From NCBI GenBank assembly GCA_965261605.1, contig OZ253466.1, positions 2,401,210-2,465,209 on the forward strand: a stretch of 64,000 nt of DNA. Reading direction: 5' to 3'. Shown here piece by piece: positions 1 to 8,228 of the stretch. Source of the DNA: Dehalococcoidia bacterium. GTDB taxonomy: Bacteria > Chloroflexota > Dehalococcoidia > Lucifugimonadales > UBA2985. The position numbers and the translations under genes were made by a program. Numbering within the stretch: the stretch's first letter is position 1; every line of letters starts with the position of its first letter. A model generated the notes under the pieces. That model was given only the letters and a program-made list of their open reading frames with translations. It did no database searches and was not told where the DNA came from.

Positions 1-409
1 TGGTGTCCCAGACGTGCGGGCTGTAGCCGGGCGCCTCGAACCACAAGCTCCTTCGCCCGTCAATGGGAGGAAGGACCCACAGCAGTGGTATCATCATGAT
101 AAATGCGAACACGCCCACCGCGGCGAACATTTCGGATATCCTTGCCAGAGGCCTCCGCCAGTGGGCCTTGACCATTCTCAAAACCACTGACACCAGCACA
201 GCCGACTGGGATACTGAGAATATGTAGGCGAAGATGGCCGCGTAGTAGGCCCACGCTCCACGGTCCTCAAAGCCCTCGCCGAGCAGCATCAAGAACCCTA
301 TCGCTCCCAGAGCCAGAAGGCCGGCCGCTCCGGCTGCTACCAGCCAGAACTTCTTGCCCGCCGACATGTGCCTGTTCAGGACATCGTCGGTTATCCCCTG
401 AGGCGTCAT
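1..409 (-). CDS. NrfD/PsrC/ActC-like polytopic membrane subunit, N-terminal part (gene runs off the window edge)
   Basis: It is not in the ORF track because there is no stop inside the window. Hand translation of the minus strand from ATG 409-407 gives MTPQGITDDVLNRHMSAGKKFWLVAAGAAGLLALGAIGFLMLLGEGFEDRGAWAYYAAIFAYIFSVSQSAVLVSVVLRMVKAHWRRPLARISEMFAAVGVFAFIMMIPLLWVL..., open to position 1. The helix-rich hydrophobic pattern and the position directly after the FeS subunit fit an NrfD/ActC-type subunit. Confidence 0.7.
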   Translation of the reverse strand, partial: MTPQGITDDVLNRHMSAGKKFWLVAAGAAGLLALGAIGFLMLLGEGFEDRGAWAYYAAIFAYIFSVSQSAVLVSVVLRMVKAHWRRPLARISEMFAAVGVFAFIMMIPLLWVLPPIDGRRSLWFEAPGYSPHVWDT

Positions 410-443
410 GCTCAGGAGTGCCGGCGCCGGCATGCGGTGGAGC

Positions 444-1211
444 TCATGCATGGCCGTCACCCGCCGTTTCAGCGTACATATCCACCTTGCTCAGGTAGAT
501 CACGTTAGGCTCCGTACCGAGGTCTTCCAGGAGCTTGTAGCCCCTGCCGCCTTCGTGCAGGTGCTCGCTCTTCATCCTGGAAATACTGCTGTCGGGGTCG
601 TTGAAATCGCCAAACACGAGCGCATCCGTGGGACACGCCTGAACGCAGGCCGGGAGGTAGTTGCCCATCTTCATGTCCTCGTCCGATATCCTGCCTCCCT
701 GCTGACCTTCGATGATGAGCTCCGCTCTCCGCAGGCGCTGCACGTTGAAGCTGCACTTCTCCATGATGCCGCGGCTGCGAACCGTGACGTCCGGATTCAG
801 CTGGTTCCTCAGGGATTCCGGCCAGACTGGCTCCCAGAAGTTGAAGAATCGCACCTGGTAGGGGCAGTTATTGGCGCAGTAGCGAGTGCCCACGCAACGA
901 TTGTATACCTGTACGTTCATTCCCTGGTTGTTGTGATAGGTGGCGTACACAGGGCACACGGGCTCGCAGGGGGCGTTCTCGCAGTGCTGGCACAGAATGG
1001 GTATGAATCTGGCCTTCACATCAGGAAACTCGCCCTCCCAGTACCGCTCTATGTGGATCCACTGGATGGCGCGGCGCTGGCGGAATCGATCCTCGGTGTT
1101 CAGGGGTATGTTGTTCTCAGCCTGGCACGCCACTACGCACGCCTGGCACCCGATGCACCGGTCTACGTCCACCACCATGCCCCATTTGTGATCTATGCGA
1201 TTCTGGACCAT
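444..1211 (-). CDS. 4Fe-4S ferredoxin-type subunit of a molybdopterin-oxidoreductase-like complex (ActB2 / PsrB / NrfC-like)
   Basis: 255-aa ORF with multiple ferredoxin Cys clusters (CIGCQACVVAC, CQHCENAPCEPVCP, CVGTRYCANNCP, CVQACP). It lies between the MopB-like and NrfD-like genes. Confidence 0.9.
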   Translation of the reverse strand: MVQNRIDHKWGMVVDVDRCIGCQACVVACQAENNIPLNTEDRFRQRRAIQWIHIERYWEGEFPDVKARFIPILCQHCENAPCEPVCPVYATYHNNQGMNVQVYNRCVGTRYCANNCPYQVRFFNFWEPVWPESLRNQLNPDVTVRSRGIMEKCSFNVQRLRRAELIIEGQQGGRISDEDMKMGNYLPACVQACPTDALVFGDFNDPDSSISRMKSEHLHEGGRGYKLLEDLGTEPNVIYLSKVDMYAETAGDGHA

Positions 1212-1233
1212 GCTTCTCCTAAGCCCCGGCTGC

Positions 1234-3504
1234 CTAGTTGGGGCCCGTGACTTTGATTATTACTCCCTTGTGAGGCTCCTCTGCAAACTGGTTTCCTGCG
1301 AACTTGGGCAGGTCTATTGATAGAGGCGCCTTTGCCAACCTCACCTTTGTCGCCGCCCACGCCAGCGCCCCTGTCTCGCTGTCCGAGATCGCGGACAGCA
1401 GCGACAGTGTATTAGCGCCTACCCCCTCCGCGTACTGCCCCAAGGCCGTGTGGCCCTGGCCTATCGGCATGGACACTGTGTCCGGCGGCACGCCCGGGTG
1501 CGGGTATGCCGGAACCTCCAGGGTCCGGACACCCTCGGCCGTGACTATCACCAAGTCACCTTCACGAATACCCATCTCCTCCGCGGTCTTTGAGTTGATC
1601 TCCAACCAAGTGTGCCAGACCACCGTCGTGATGGGGTCAGGCGTTGCCTGGAGCCACGGCAGATGTGCCAACTGCCCATCGCCGATGGAGTTGGACACAA
1701 ACGGAACAAGGTTGAAGGTTTGGCCTCCACCCGGGGCGTCGCTGAAGGATATGTCCGGCCACGCGGTGTCAAGGGGCTTGATCTCTGCAACGCCGGAATC
1801 GTTTCTGGACTGAGTATCCCACCAGCCGCCCCGCTGCAACACGCCGTTCCAGAATCCCTCAAAGCTGGAGGCCGTAACCGAGCCACGGTTCTCCGACCAT
1901 AGCTTTTCAGCCCCGGCCTTTAGCAGGTCCTGCATTGTGGCGTCGGGAGCCAAGCTGAGCTTGCCCTCCAGTCCAAGGTCAAGCTCCCTGCCCAGAACGA
2001 GCAACTCGTCTCCAAAGCCGCTTGTGCCGGGGAGGAACGGCCTGACCACCGGCTGCTGTATTCCAAGGGTCTGGTACTGCGGGCCAGGATCCGGATCGGT
2101 GTCGCCCCAGTCCTCCAGGTAGACGTGCTCCGGCAGGACCAGGTTGGCCATGCTTGCGGTCTCGTCCATAAAGCTGGAGAAGGCGATCACAAAGCCTGCT
2201 CCGTTAACTACATTGGAGAAATTGGCGCCCGGAGGCAGTCCATGCACGGGATTTGCTCCACGCACCATGAGCACATCCACTGAACCGGAACCGGCCAAGT
2301 CGCTCCACTGCTGGAAGGAGGCCGGCATACCCATGCTAGCCACCTCGTTGCTGGACAACTCCGGCAGCGGCGGAGGCGGGTTGAAAATCACGCCGCCATT
2401 CTTTCCAACGTTGTCCACCAGAATGTTAAGGGCATAGATGGCCTTGAGGTTGAACAGTCCGCTTTTGTGAGCGCCTGCAGAGCCTCCTCCTATGGCCAGA
2501 CTGGGTTGGTGGCCCTCATCTGCGAAGGTGTGGGCCAAGTCCTCAATGGCTGCACTCTCCATACCGGTGGTGTCCCTCACCATCGCGCTGTCCGGAGCGA
2601 AGGCGTTGAGGGCCTCGTGTCCCTGCCCGTCGGTCAGAGCAGCAGCGGCGTCGGTGTTGCCCATACCGTCCCTGATAATGACGTAGGCCATGCTCATCGC
2701 CAGGACGCCTTCGCCTCCCGGCTTTACCGGGACCCACTTGTCGGCGTTGGCTGTGGTCATGGAGAAGCGAGTGTCTATCTGGTAGTGTACTCCCCTCTTC
2801 CTGTCGCCCTGGCGGAATTCGCCGTAGCCTCTGGCGTACCTCACTGGTGACAGCCAAGTGGAGAGGAAGTCCGTTCCGAAGGAGAAGAGGTAATTCGCGT
2901 TCTCTATGTCGAAGTCCGGCAGCCTGTCTTGGCCGAACACCTCCTTGACTGCCCTGTGGAGGTTGACTTGCTCCAGCGACTGGAAGGCCATGTGCCTGCC
3001 ACCGTACGCCTTTACGAACTCACTGGCGAGCAGCGCTAGGTGACCTCGCAGCGGCTCCGTCACCAGCAGAAACCTGCTCCTGTCCGAGAGGCGGTTCATC
3101 CCCGCGTTCAGAATCTCACGGGCGCGCTCCCAAGAGATGGGCAGGAAATCGTCGCTGCGGTTGGCCCTGAACATAGGGGTCTCTAGGCGGTCCGGGTGAT
3201 AGAGGGCCTGCAGGCCAGCTTCGCTACGGGCGCTGTGTTTGCCCCGGTTGATGGGAAAGTCGGGGTTGCCCTCGACCTTCTTCGCTCTACCCTCCACTAC
3301 CCTGATGATGACGCCGCATCCGCCGGGGTCCTGCCGGCAGGCTGTGGCGTACCAGTTGTCTATGCCCGTGACCAAGTCTTCCGGGAGATTTACGGGGCTC
3401 TCCACCTGAAGCTCTTCTTCAGGTATGCGGCAACCGTTGAATATCACGGCTCCCAGAGCCGATACCCCCGTCCATCTCAAGAACTGTCTTCTGGTTATTC
3501 CCAT
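1234..3504 (-). CDS. Molybdopterin-oxidoreductase-superfamily subunit with Tat signal (ActB1/QrcB-like)
   Basis: 756-aa ORF with a twin-arginine leader MGITRRQFLRWTGVSALGAVIF. Size and layout fit the MopB family. The usual N-terminal CxxCxxxC FeS motif looks degenerate (only ACRQDPGGCG), as expected for cofactor-less ActB1/QrcB-type proteins. Confidence 0.88.
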   Translation of the reverse strand: MGITRRQFLRWTGVSALGAVIFNGCRIPEEELQVESPVNLPEDLVTGIDNWYATACRQDPGGCGVIIRVVEGRAKKVEGNPDFPINRGKHSARSEAGLQALYHPDRLETPMFRANRSDDFLPISWERAREILNAGMNRLSDRSRFLLVTEPLRGHLALLASEFVKAYGGRHMAFQSLEQVNLHRAVKEVFGQDRLPDFDIENANYLFSFGTDFLSTWLSPVRYARGYGEFRQGDRKRGVHYQIDTRFSMTTANADKWVPVKPGGEGVLAMSMAYVIIRDGMGNTDAAAALTDGQGHEALNAFAPDSAMVRDTTGMESAAIEDLAHTFADEGHQPSLAIGGGSAGAHKSGLFNLKAIYALNILVDNVGKNGGVIFNPPPPLPELSSNEVASMGMPASFQQWSDLAGSGSVDVLMVRGANPVHGLPPGANFSNVVNGAGFVIAFSSFMDETASMANLVLPEHVYLEDWGDTDPDPGPQYQTLGIQQPVVRPFLPGTSGFGDELLVLGRELDLGLEGKLSLAPDATMQDLLKAGAEKLWSENRGSVTASSFEGFWNGVLQRGGWWDTQSRNDSGVAEIKPLDTAWPDISFSDAPGGGQTFNLVPFVSNSIGDGQLAHLPWLQATPDPITTVVWHTWLEINSKTAEEMGIREGDLVIVTAEGVRTLEVPAYPHPGVPPDTVSMPIGQGHTALGQYAEGVGANTLSLLSAISDSETGALAWAATKVRLAKAPLSIDLPKFAGNQFAEEPHKGVIIKVTGPN

Positions 3505-3519
3505 AACTTAAAGCTCATC

Positions 3520-4185
3520 CTAATAGTGACAGGTTGTGCAGTCCGTAGGCGCATTGTTGTCCCGGTGACAGTCGACGCAGTCTCCCATCTTCAGGCTGCG
3601 CTCCTGCTTGACCTCGGCCATAGCGGCCACGTCTCCGTGGCAGGTGGAGCAGACGTCCGCGGCCACAAGAGCAGGCTCACCCGCCGGGGTTTCTCCCCGC
3701 TCCAAGAAGTAACGTATATGGGCCTCGTGCACAAAGCGCACATGGTCGGGCACCCTATGCACCCTCTCCCATGCGACGGGTTCCTTGTTCTCCCAGGCGT
3801 CCACCAGTTTGGCCACCTCAGCCAGTTCCTCGCCCTGTACGGACGCGTGGCAGAAGAGGCACTGCTCCACCGGCGGGATGCTGGCGGTTGCGCCCTTATC
3901 CACGTTCCTGTGGCAGAAGGTGCAGTCGAGGCCGAGACCGTACATCTCGTTGCCGTCTGCGTCCAGCTTGGGATTGCCCTCGGAGTCCGTCCAGACATCT
4001 ATGCCGGCGTGTACCGTGTGGGGGAAGGCGATTGGCTGCTCAGGGGCTGCTCCGAAACCCAGCACTTCAAATGGCGTTGTCCACCACGCTCGGGCCACGA
4101 AGGCTGTCGCCAGCAAAAGGACAATGCCGGTAGCGCTTGCACCTACCGACACCACCAGCAGCAACGCTATTCGCCTTATAAGCAC
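3520..4185 (-). CDS. actA: Membrane-anchored pentahaem cytochrome c (ActA-like)
   Basis: 221-aa ORF with an N-terminal TM helix followed by five CxxCH motifs (CTFCH, CLFCH, CSTCH, CVDCH, CTTCH). It is the first gene of the cyt c / MopB / FeS / NrfD series. Confidence 0.88.
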   Translation of the reverse strand: MLIRRIALLLVVSVGASATGIVLLLATAFVARAWWTTPFEVLGFGAAPEQPIAFPHTVHAGIDVWTDSEGNPKLDADGNEMYGLGLDCTFCHRNVDKGATASIPPVEQCLFCHASVQGEELAEVAKLVDAWENKEPVAWERVHRVPDHVRFVHEAHIRYFLERGETPAGEPALVAADVCSTCHGDVAAMAEVKQERSLKMGDCVDCHRDNNAPTDCTTCHY

Positions 4186-4261
4186 TTGGTCTCCATTCTC
4201 CTATCCAGTGTCAATTTATCTTACTGAAAATGGGTCCCTTATGATCCGCTCGACCGCCTTG

Positions 4262-4552
4262 TTATATCCACCACCGGGGCCAGAACTCCGCTATGAGCCC
4301 GGCTTTATCGGCGGCCCTATTCAGGGCGAACACCACTACCGCCAACGCCAGCGCAGCGCCTCCGTAGAATACCGGGCGCGCCTTGTCCAGCCTTGCCGGG
4401 AGGTGTCCTGAGCCTACGAGGGAGGGAATGATGGCATGAGCCATCAGAAAGTTGAAACCAAATCCTACTGCTGCAAAGAAAAGCAGCCAAATGAAGGTGA
4501 GCATGTCGCCGATAGCTCGCCAGTCGCTGCTGTTTATGAATTCTGGATCCAT
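4262..4552 (-). CDS. Small two-helix membrane protein, function unknown
   Basis: 96-aa ORF with two long hydrophobic segments (LTFIWLLFFAAVGFGFNFLMAHAII and VFYGGAALALAVVVFAL). It lies 76 bp upstream of actA on the same strand. No family was recognised. Confidence 0.5.
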   Translation of the reverse strand: MDPEFINSSDWRAIGDMLTFIWLLFFAAVGFGFNFLMAHAIIPSLVGSGHLPARLDKARPVFYGGAALALAVVVFALNRAADKAGLIAEFWPRWWI

Positions 4553-4640
4553 TGTTACTCTCTACTAAACTAGTCCCACCACTACCAGGCGATTCATGCC
4601 CTTCTTTAATCAAATTTCCAAGCTAATTCCGCAAGGGACT

Positions 4641-4668
4641 TTGAAATAAACTTCACGTAGTGTACAAT
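4641..4668 (+). promoter_or_regulatory. Sigma-70-like promoter (TTGAAA-16 nt-TACAAT)
   Basis: TTGAAA at 4641-4646 and TACAAT at 4663-4668, in an AT-rich divergent intergenic region. It is followed by AGGAGG (4733-4738) and ATG 4744. Confidence 0.45.
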
Positions 4669-4743
4669 TCGGCTTTGAGGTTAGTCAATAGCAATTCCGA
4701 GAGTTTCGGACAACAAATTACAATCAATTTTCAGGAGGCAACC

Positions 4744-4974
4744 ATGGCCGACAGGGCGGAGAAGGCGTCAACACTGCTGAGTCGAAGGGATTTCTTGACC
4801 AAGGCATCGCTGGCAATGGCGGCCGCGGCTACGCTGACGGTTACGACCAGGAATTTCTCCACCTTCCGGAAGGCCTCAGGGGCCGCAACCTCAGGAGGCT
4901 CCATGTTTACGCCGCGACCTGGATCACGGCTGAGATACTGGGGCAGTAGGCTGAGCCGCTTCCGGCTGCGATAA
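4744..4974 (+). CDS. Small (76 aa) protein with a twin-arginine signal and an Arg-rich tail, unknown function
   Basis: There is a strong SD AGGAGG 5 nt before ATG 4744. The product is MADRAEKASTLLSRRDFLTKASLAMAAAATL..., carrying the SRRDFL Tat motif plus an h-region. The remainder is short and very basic. The ORF-track start at 4660 lacks an RBS. Confidence 0.5.
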   Translation: MADRAEKASTLLSRRDFLTKASLAMAAAATLTVTTRNFSTFRKASGAATSGGSMFTPRPGSRLRYWGSRLSRFRLR

Positions 4975-5155
4975 CCCCCGGGCGCGATTGACTGAATCTT
5001 GAATAGCGTGGCCGCGAGCGGCATAGGCCTTGACGTATCTGGACATTTGTGTGCTATACTCCCTCTCGTTGCAGGCCGCGCGAAGCGCTGCTATGTTTCT
5101 CCTTAATAGACCATTAGATTGCGAGACTCATAATGTTTAAGTCAGAGACAGTGAC

Positions 5156-5863
5156 TTGCTGAACCGATTCTTCCGTCGGTGGTCGATGGTTGGCCTGCTG
5201 GTTATCGCTCTGGCGATGAGCGGGGCTTGCGTTGCCGATGCGGTCGCGGAGGAGACTGACTATATCCTAGGAGAATTCGGGAAGGACTCCGCTCCCTCCG
5301 GCCCCCTGGCGTATGACGGCGATCTCATCGTATACTCGTCCGATGTGCCGGATCTGCTGGCGGACGTCCGCTCCGAGACGCTGGAAGTTGACAAGAGGGA
5401 TGTCGTAGGAGATTACCTGACCCAGCAGGATCGCATCGACTGTATTCTGGAGAAGATAGCAGAGGCTGCGGAGAGCGATACGGACCTTGGCTGCCAGGGG
5501 ACCATCCTGGTGAGGAAAGAGGGCAAGCACGGCCTCCCTGCCCTAACCGAAGTCCTGGAGAGCATCAACACTAGAGAAGACGAGCCGACAAAGAGGGGCT
5601 ACCTGTCGGATTACATAGACACTTGGAGCGAGTACCAGCGCGTTGAGCGTGTGGGAGAGGGATTGGAGCAGATAAAGAGGACCAGTGAAATACCGGTATT
5701 TGGGTCCTTGGTGTCCGCTATGCACAACTTCCCCATAATGTATGAAGGGAATATCTTGGTCCCACAGGAAGACATCTCAGTACTCATAGACGAGTACCAC
5801 TCCTACGACGCGGAAGAGGCCAGAAGGCAGACTGTGACCGACTACCTGAACCTGAACAGGTAG
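5156..5863 (+). CDS. Secreted acidic hypothetical protein
   Basis: 235-aa ORF with a signal-peptide-like N-terminus (MVGLLVIALAMSGACVADA). The start is uncertain (TTG 5156 or ATG 5186). A possible extended -10 promoter (TTGACG 5030-5035, TGcTATACT ending at 5060) lies upstream. No family was recognised. Confidence 0.55.
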   Translation: MLNRFFRRWSMVGLLVIALAMSGACVADAVAEETDYILGEFGKDSAPSGPLAYDGDLIVYSSDVPDLLADVRSETLEVDKRDVVGDYLTQQDRIDCILEKIAEAAESDTDLGCQGTILVRKEGKHGLPALTEVLESINTREDEPTKRGYLSDYIDTWSEYQRVERVGEGLEQIKRTSEIPVFGSLVSAMHNFPIMYEGNILVPQEDISVLIDEYHSYDAEEARRQTVTDYLNLNR

Positions 5864-6107
5864 ACGCGCCTTCACTGCTTAGCCTCCGTCCAGTCGGCTC
5901 TGAGGCGGTTTCCCCGCAGGCAGTAACCTCTGCAAACATCCCCTCACTTCCCTTACCCCCTGTTCCTGCCTTCCCCCGCGCATCTGGAAAGGTATATCAT
6001 TCGCTCGGAACAGGTTTGCCTAAGGCTCTCCGGAAGAGTATGGCGGAGCATCGGCGGGCTGTGGATACAGGAACTCCTTGCCCATGAAGAAGTAGGAAAA
6101 AGACGCA

Positions 6108-7361
6108 GTGCAGGAAGGCGGTTCTACTCTCTCGGAACAAAACCCCAAGCGCGTTGGGGTCTCGCGCCTGCTGCTCTCCTTCGAAGTAATCCAGTTCCGG
6201 TGGCTCTGGGTCAGCATATTCTTCTCCTCCATGTCTATGGGAGTTCGTATGCTCAGCCAGGGTTGGCTCGTGCTGGAGCTCACGGACTCCCCCTTCTGGG
6301 TCGGCCTAGTGGCAGGTCTGCAGGGTATTGGCCTGGTGGGGTTCGGAGCCTTCGGGGGAACAATCGTAGACCGGTTCGACAAGCGCAAAGTGCTGGCCGT
6401 GGTGCACTTCGGCAGTAGCGCGGCGGCCATCGCCGTGGGCGTGCTGTTCGTCACCGGCAACATAGCCCTCTGGCATCTGATACTGGCAGCCCTTGTGCAG
6501 GGCCTGCTCATGGCGACCCAGCTCCCCGCCTCCAACTCCCTGGCCTACCAGCTGGTGGGGCCCGACCGCCTTCTGAACGCGATGGCAACCCGGCTGGCGG
6601 GGATGAACATAACCCGCGTAATCGGCTCGTTGATTGCAGGCGCTCTCATCTCCCGGTACGACGTCGGCAGCAGCTACCTCTTCGCCGGGTGCTGCTCCGT
6701 GGTCGGCTTGGGGCTGTTGTGGTTCATCAAGGGCAGCTTTCAAACGTCCATAGAACGGGAGCCCTTCTGGCGTTCCGTCAAACAGGGGATCAGGTACGCA
6801 TGGCGGGCCGGGGATATACGCAGGCTGCTGCTTCTCAGCCTCATTATCGAGGCATTCGGGTTCTCCCACTTCGTGATGATGCCTGTGATAGCCCGGGACG
6901 TGCTCCACGTGGGCGCCGTTGGGCTGGGGTACCTCTCTGCCGCCAGCGGAGTCGGCTCTACCCTGAGCACGATAACGGTGTCGAGCCTGGGAGATTACAG
7001 GAACAAGGGGAAGCTGCTCGTGGGCACTGCCCTGGGAGCGGGAGCGACGCTGGTGCTGTTCGCCTTCTCCACCTCGTTCACGGCCTCACTGGTGCTGGTG
7101 GCGATGGTTGGGGGCTTCCTGATGGCCTACGACGTTACTATGGGCACTATGCTGCAACTCCTGTCTCGCGACGAGATGAGAGGGCGCGTGCTGGGTATCT
7201 ACGGCCTTACCTTCGGCTTCACGTCCGTCGGCGGGTTCTTCGTCGGGGCCGTCGCCACCGCGCTGACGGCCTCCGTCGCCGTGGCGACTGGTGGCATCTT
7301 CGTAGTAGTATACGTCGCAGTCATAGCCCGGTCCGCCCTGCGCATCACCCAGAAGACCTAG
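6108..7361 (+). CDS. MFS transporter
   Basis: 417-aa ORF with about 12 hydrophobic helices and an MFS-like N-terminal pattern (FRWLWVSIFFSSMSMGVRMLSQGWLVLELT) of the enterobactin-exporter-like subfamily. Confidence 0.85.
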   Translation: MQEGGSTLSEQNPKRVGVSRLLLSFEVIQFRWLWVSIFFSSMSMGVRMLSQGWLVLELTDSPFWVGLVAGLQGIGLVGFGAFGGTIVDRFDKRKVLAVVHFGSSAAAIAVGVLFVTGNIALWHLILAALVQGLLMATQLPASNSLAYQLVGPDRLLNAMATRLAGMNITRVIGSLIAGALISRYDVGSSYLFAGCCSVVGLGLLWFIKGSFQTSIEREPFWRSVKQGIRYAWRAGDIRRLLLLSLIIEAFGFSHFVMMPVIARDVLHVGAVGLGYLSAASGVGSTLSTITVSSLGDYRNKGKLLVGTALGAGATLVLFAFSTSFTASLVLVAMVGGFLMAYDVTMGTMLQLLSRDEMRGRVLGIYGLTFGFTSVGGFFVGAVATALTASVAVATGGIFVVVYVAVIARSALRITQKT

Positions 7362-7415
7362 GCGTGCCTTGGCTTTGTGGGGAACTGCTGAAGGCGTGTG
7401 CGCAAGAGACGGCCG

Positions 7416-8198
7416 TCAGGAGCGGAATTCCTGGATGGCCTGATAGAGCACCAGAACTGAGACCAGCGCCAACACCGCGCCGATGAGCGTACTCAACGAG
7501 GCCTGGCTTATTTTTCCGGTTGTCCTGGCTCCGAAGTAGGCCCCCACGCCGGCTGCAAGCCCCATAACCCCAAGCGCCGTGTAGTCCACCTGTCCGAAAG
7601 AGAGCCGTCCGACTATTGCGAACAGGGCGGAAACGAAGTTGATGGCCAGATTGGTCCCCACGGCTATGGGTGGGTACACCCTCAGCAGCTGCACCATGGC
7701 GGGAAGCCGTATGATTCCCAGGGCGAGACCCACCAGGGATCCCAGGAACCCGATCCCCATGCCGAGAGCAATCTCGAGTGGCAAGTTCCTCCGAGGGGTA
7801 GGGATTTGGGAGCCACCACCGTCGCCCTCCCTTGACTCACGCCGGCCCTGAATGAGAAACACCGATCCCTGCCACAGCACAGCTACCGCAACGGCTGCCA
7901 GGATGACCCAAGCGGGGATGACGCTGCCCAGAAACCCTCCGGCAAAGGACCCGATCACCGACGGTATTCCTATCGTTACCAACAGGCGGCGGTCCAAGCG
8001 GCCTTCTCGGAAGTGCTGCCACCCTCCCACTAAGGAGCTCACCGCCGTCACTCCAACGTTGGTGCCCGCGGCTACACCCGGGGATAGGCCGATCATATAG
8101 ATCAGTGGAAGGCGCACCACTCCCAGCACGAGGCCGACCAGGGTTCCCAGGAAGGCAATGGCGAAGCTGGTAACGGCGTAGAGAATTAAGTCCGACAT
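7416..8198 (-). CDS. TSUP (TauE/SafE, DUF81) family anion-exporter-like membrane protein
   Basis: 260-aa ORF with two internally repeated 4-TM halves and a Gly-rich pattern (GTLVGLVLGVVRLPLIY... and GSLVGLALGIIRLPAMV), as is typical of TSUP. Confidence 0.82.
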   Translation of the reverse strand: MSDLILYAVTSFAIAFLGTLVGLVLGVVRLPLIYMIGLSPGVAAGTNVGVTAVSSLVGGWQHFREGRLDRRLLVTIGIPSVIGSFAGGFLGSVIPAWVILAAVAVAVLWQGSVFLIQGRRESREGDGGGSQIPTPRRNLPLEIALGMGIGFLGSLVGLALGIIRLPAMVQLLRVYPPIAVGTNLAINFVSALFAIVGRLSFGQVDYTALGVMGLAAGVGAYFGARTTGKISQASLSTLIGAVLALVSVLVLYQAIQEFRS

Positions 8199-8228
8199 GA
8201 TAGGCCGCTGTGGAAAGCTAGCGCTCCT

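Noticed and set aside
60-254. 64-aa minus-strand ORF from the track
   Set aside because: It lies in a different frame inside the hand-translated NrfD/ActC-like reading frame (1-409, minus strand). That frame is open across the whole region and has a membrane-protein sequence, whereas this ORF has no recognisable features.
408-1250. 280-aa plus-strand ORF antisense to the FeS-subunit gene
   Set aside because: This is a high-GC antisense open frame. The opposite strand encodes a clear 4Fe-4S protein, and this ORF has no RBS or motifs.
3196-4227. 343-aa plus-strand ORF across actA/actB1
   Set aside because: It is antisense to two well-supported genes, with an Arg/Gly/Ala-rich composition typical of spurious GC-rich frames.
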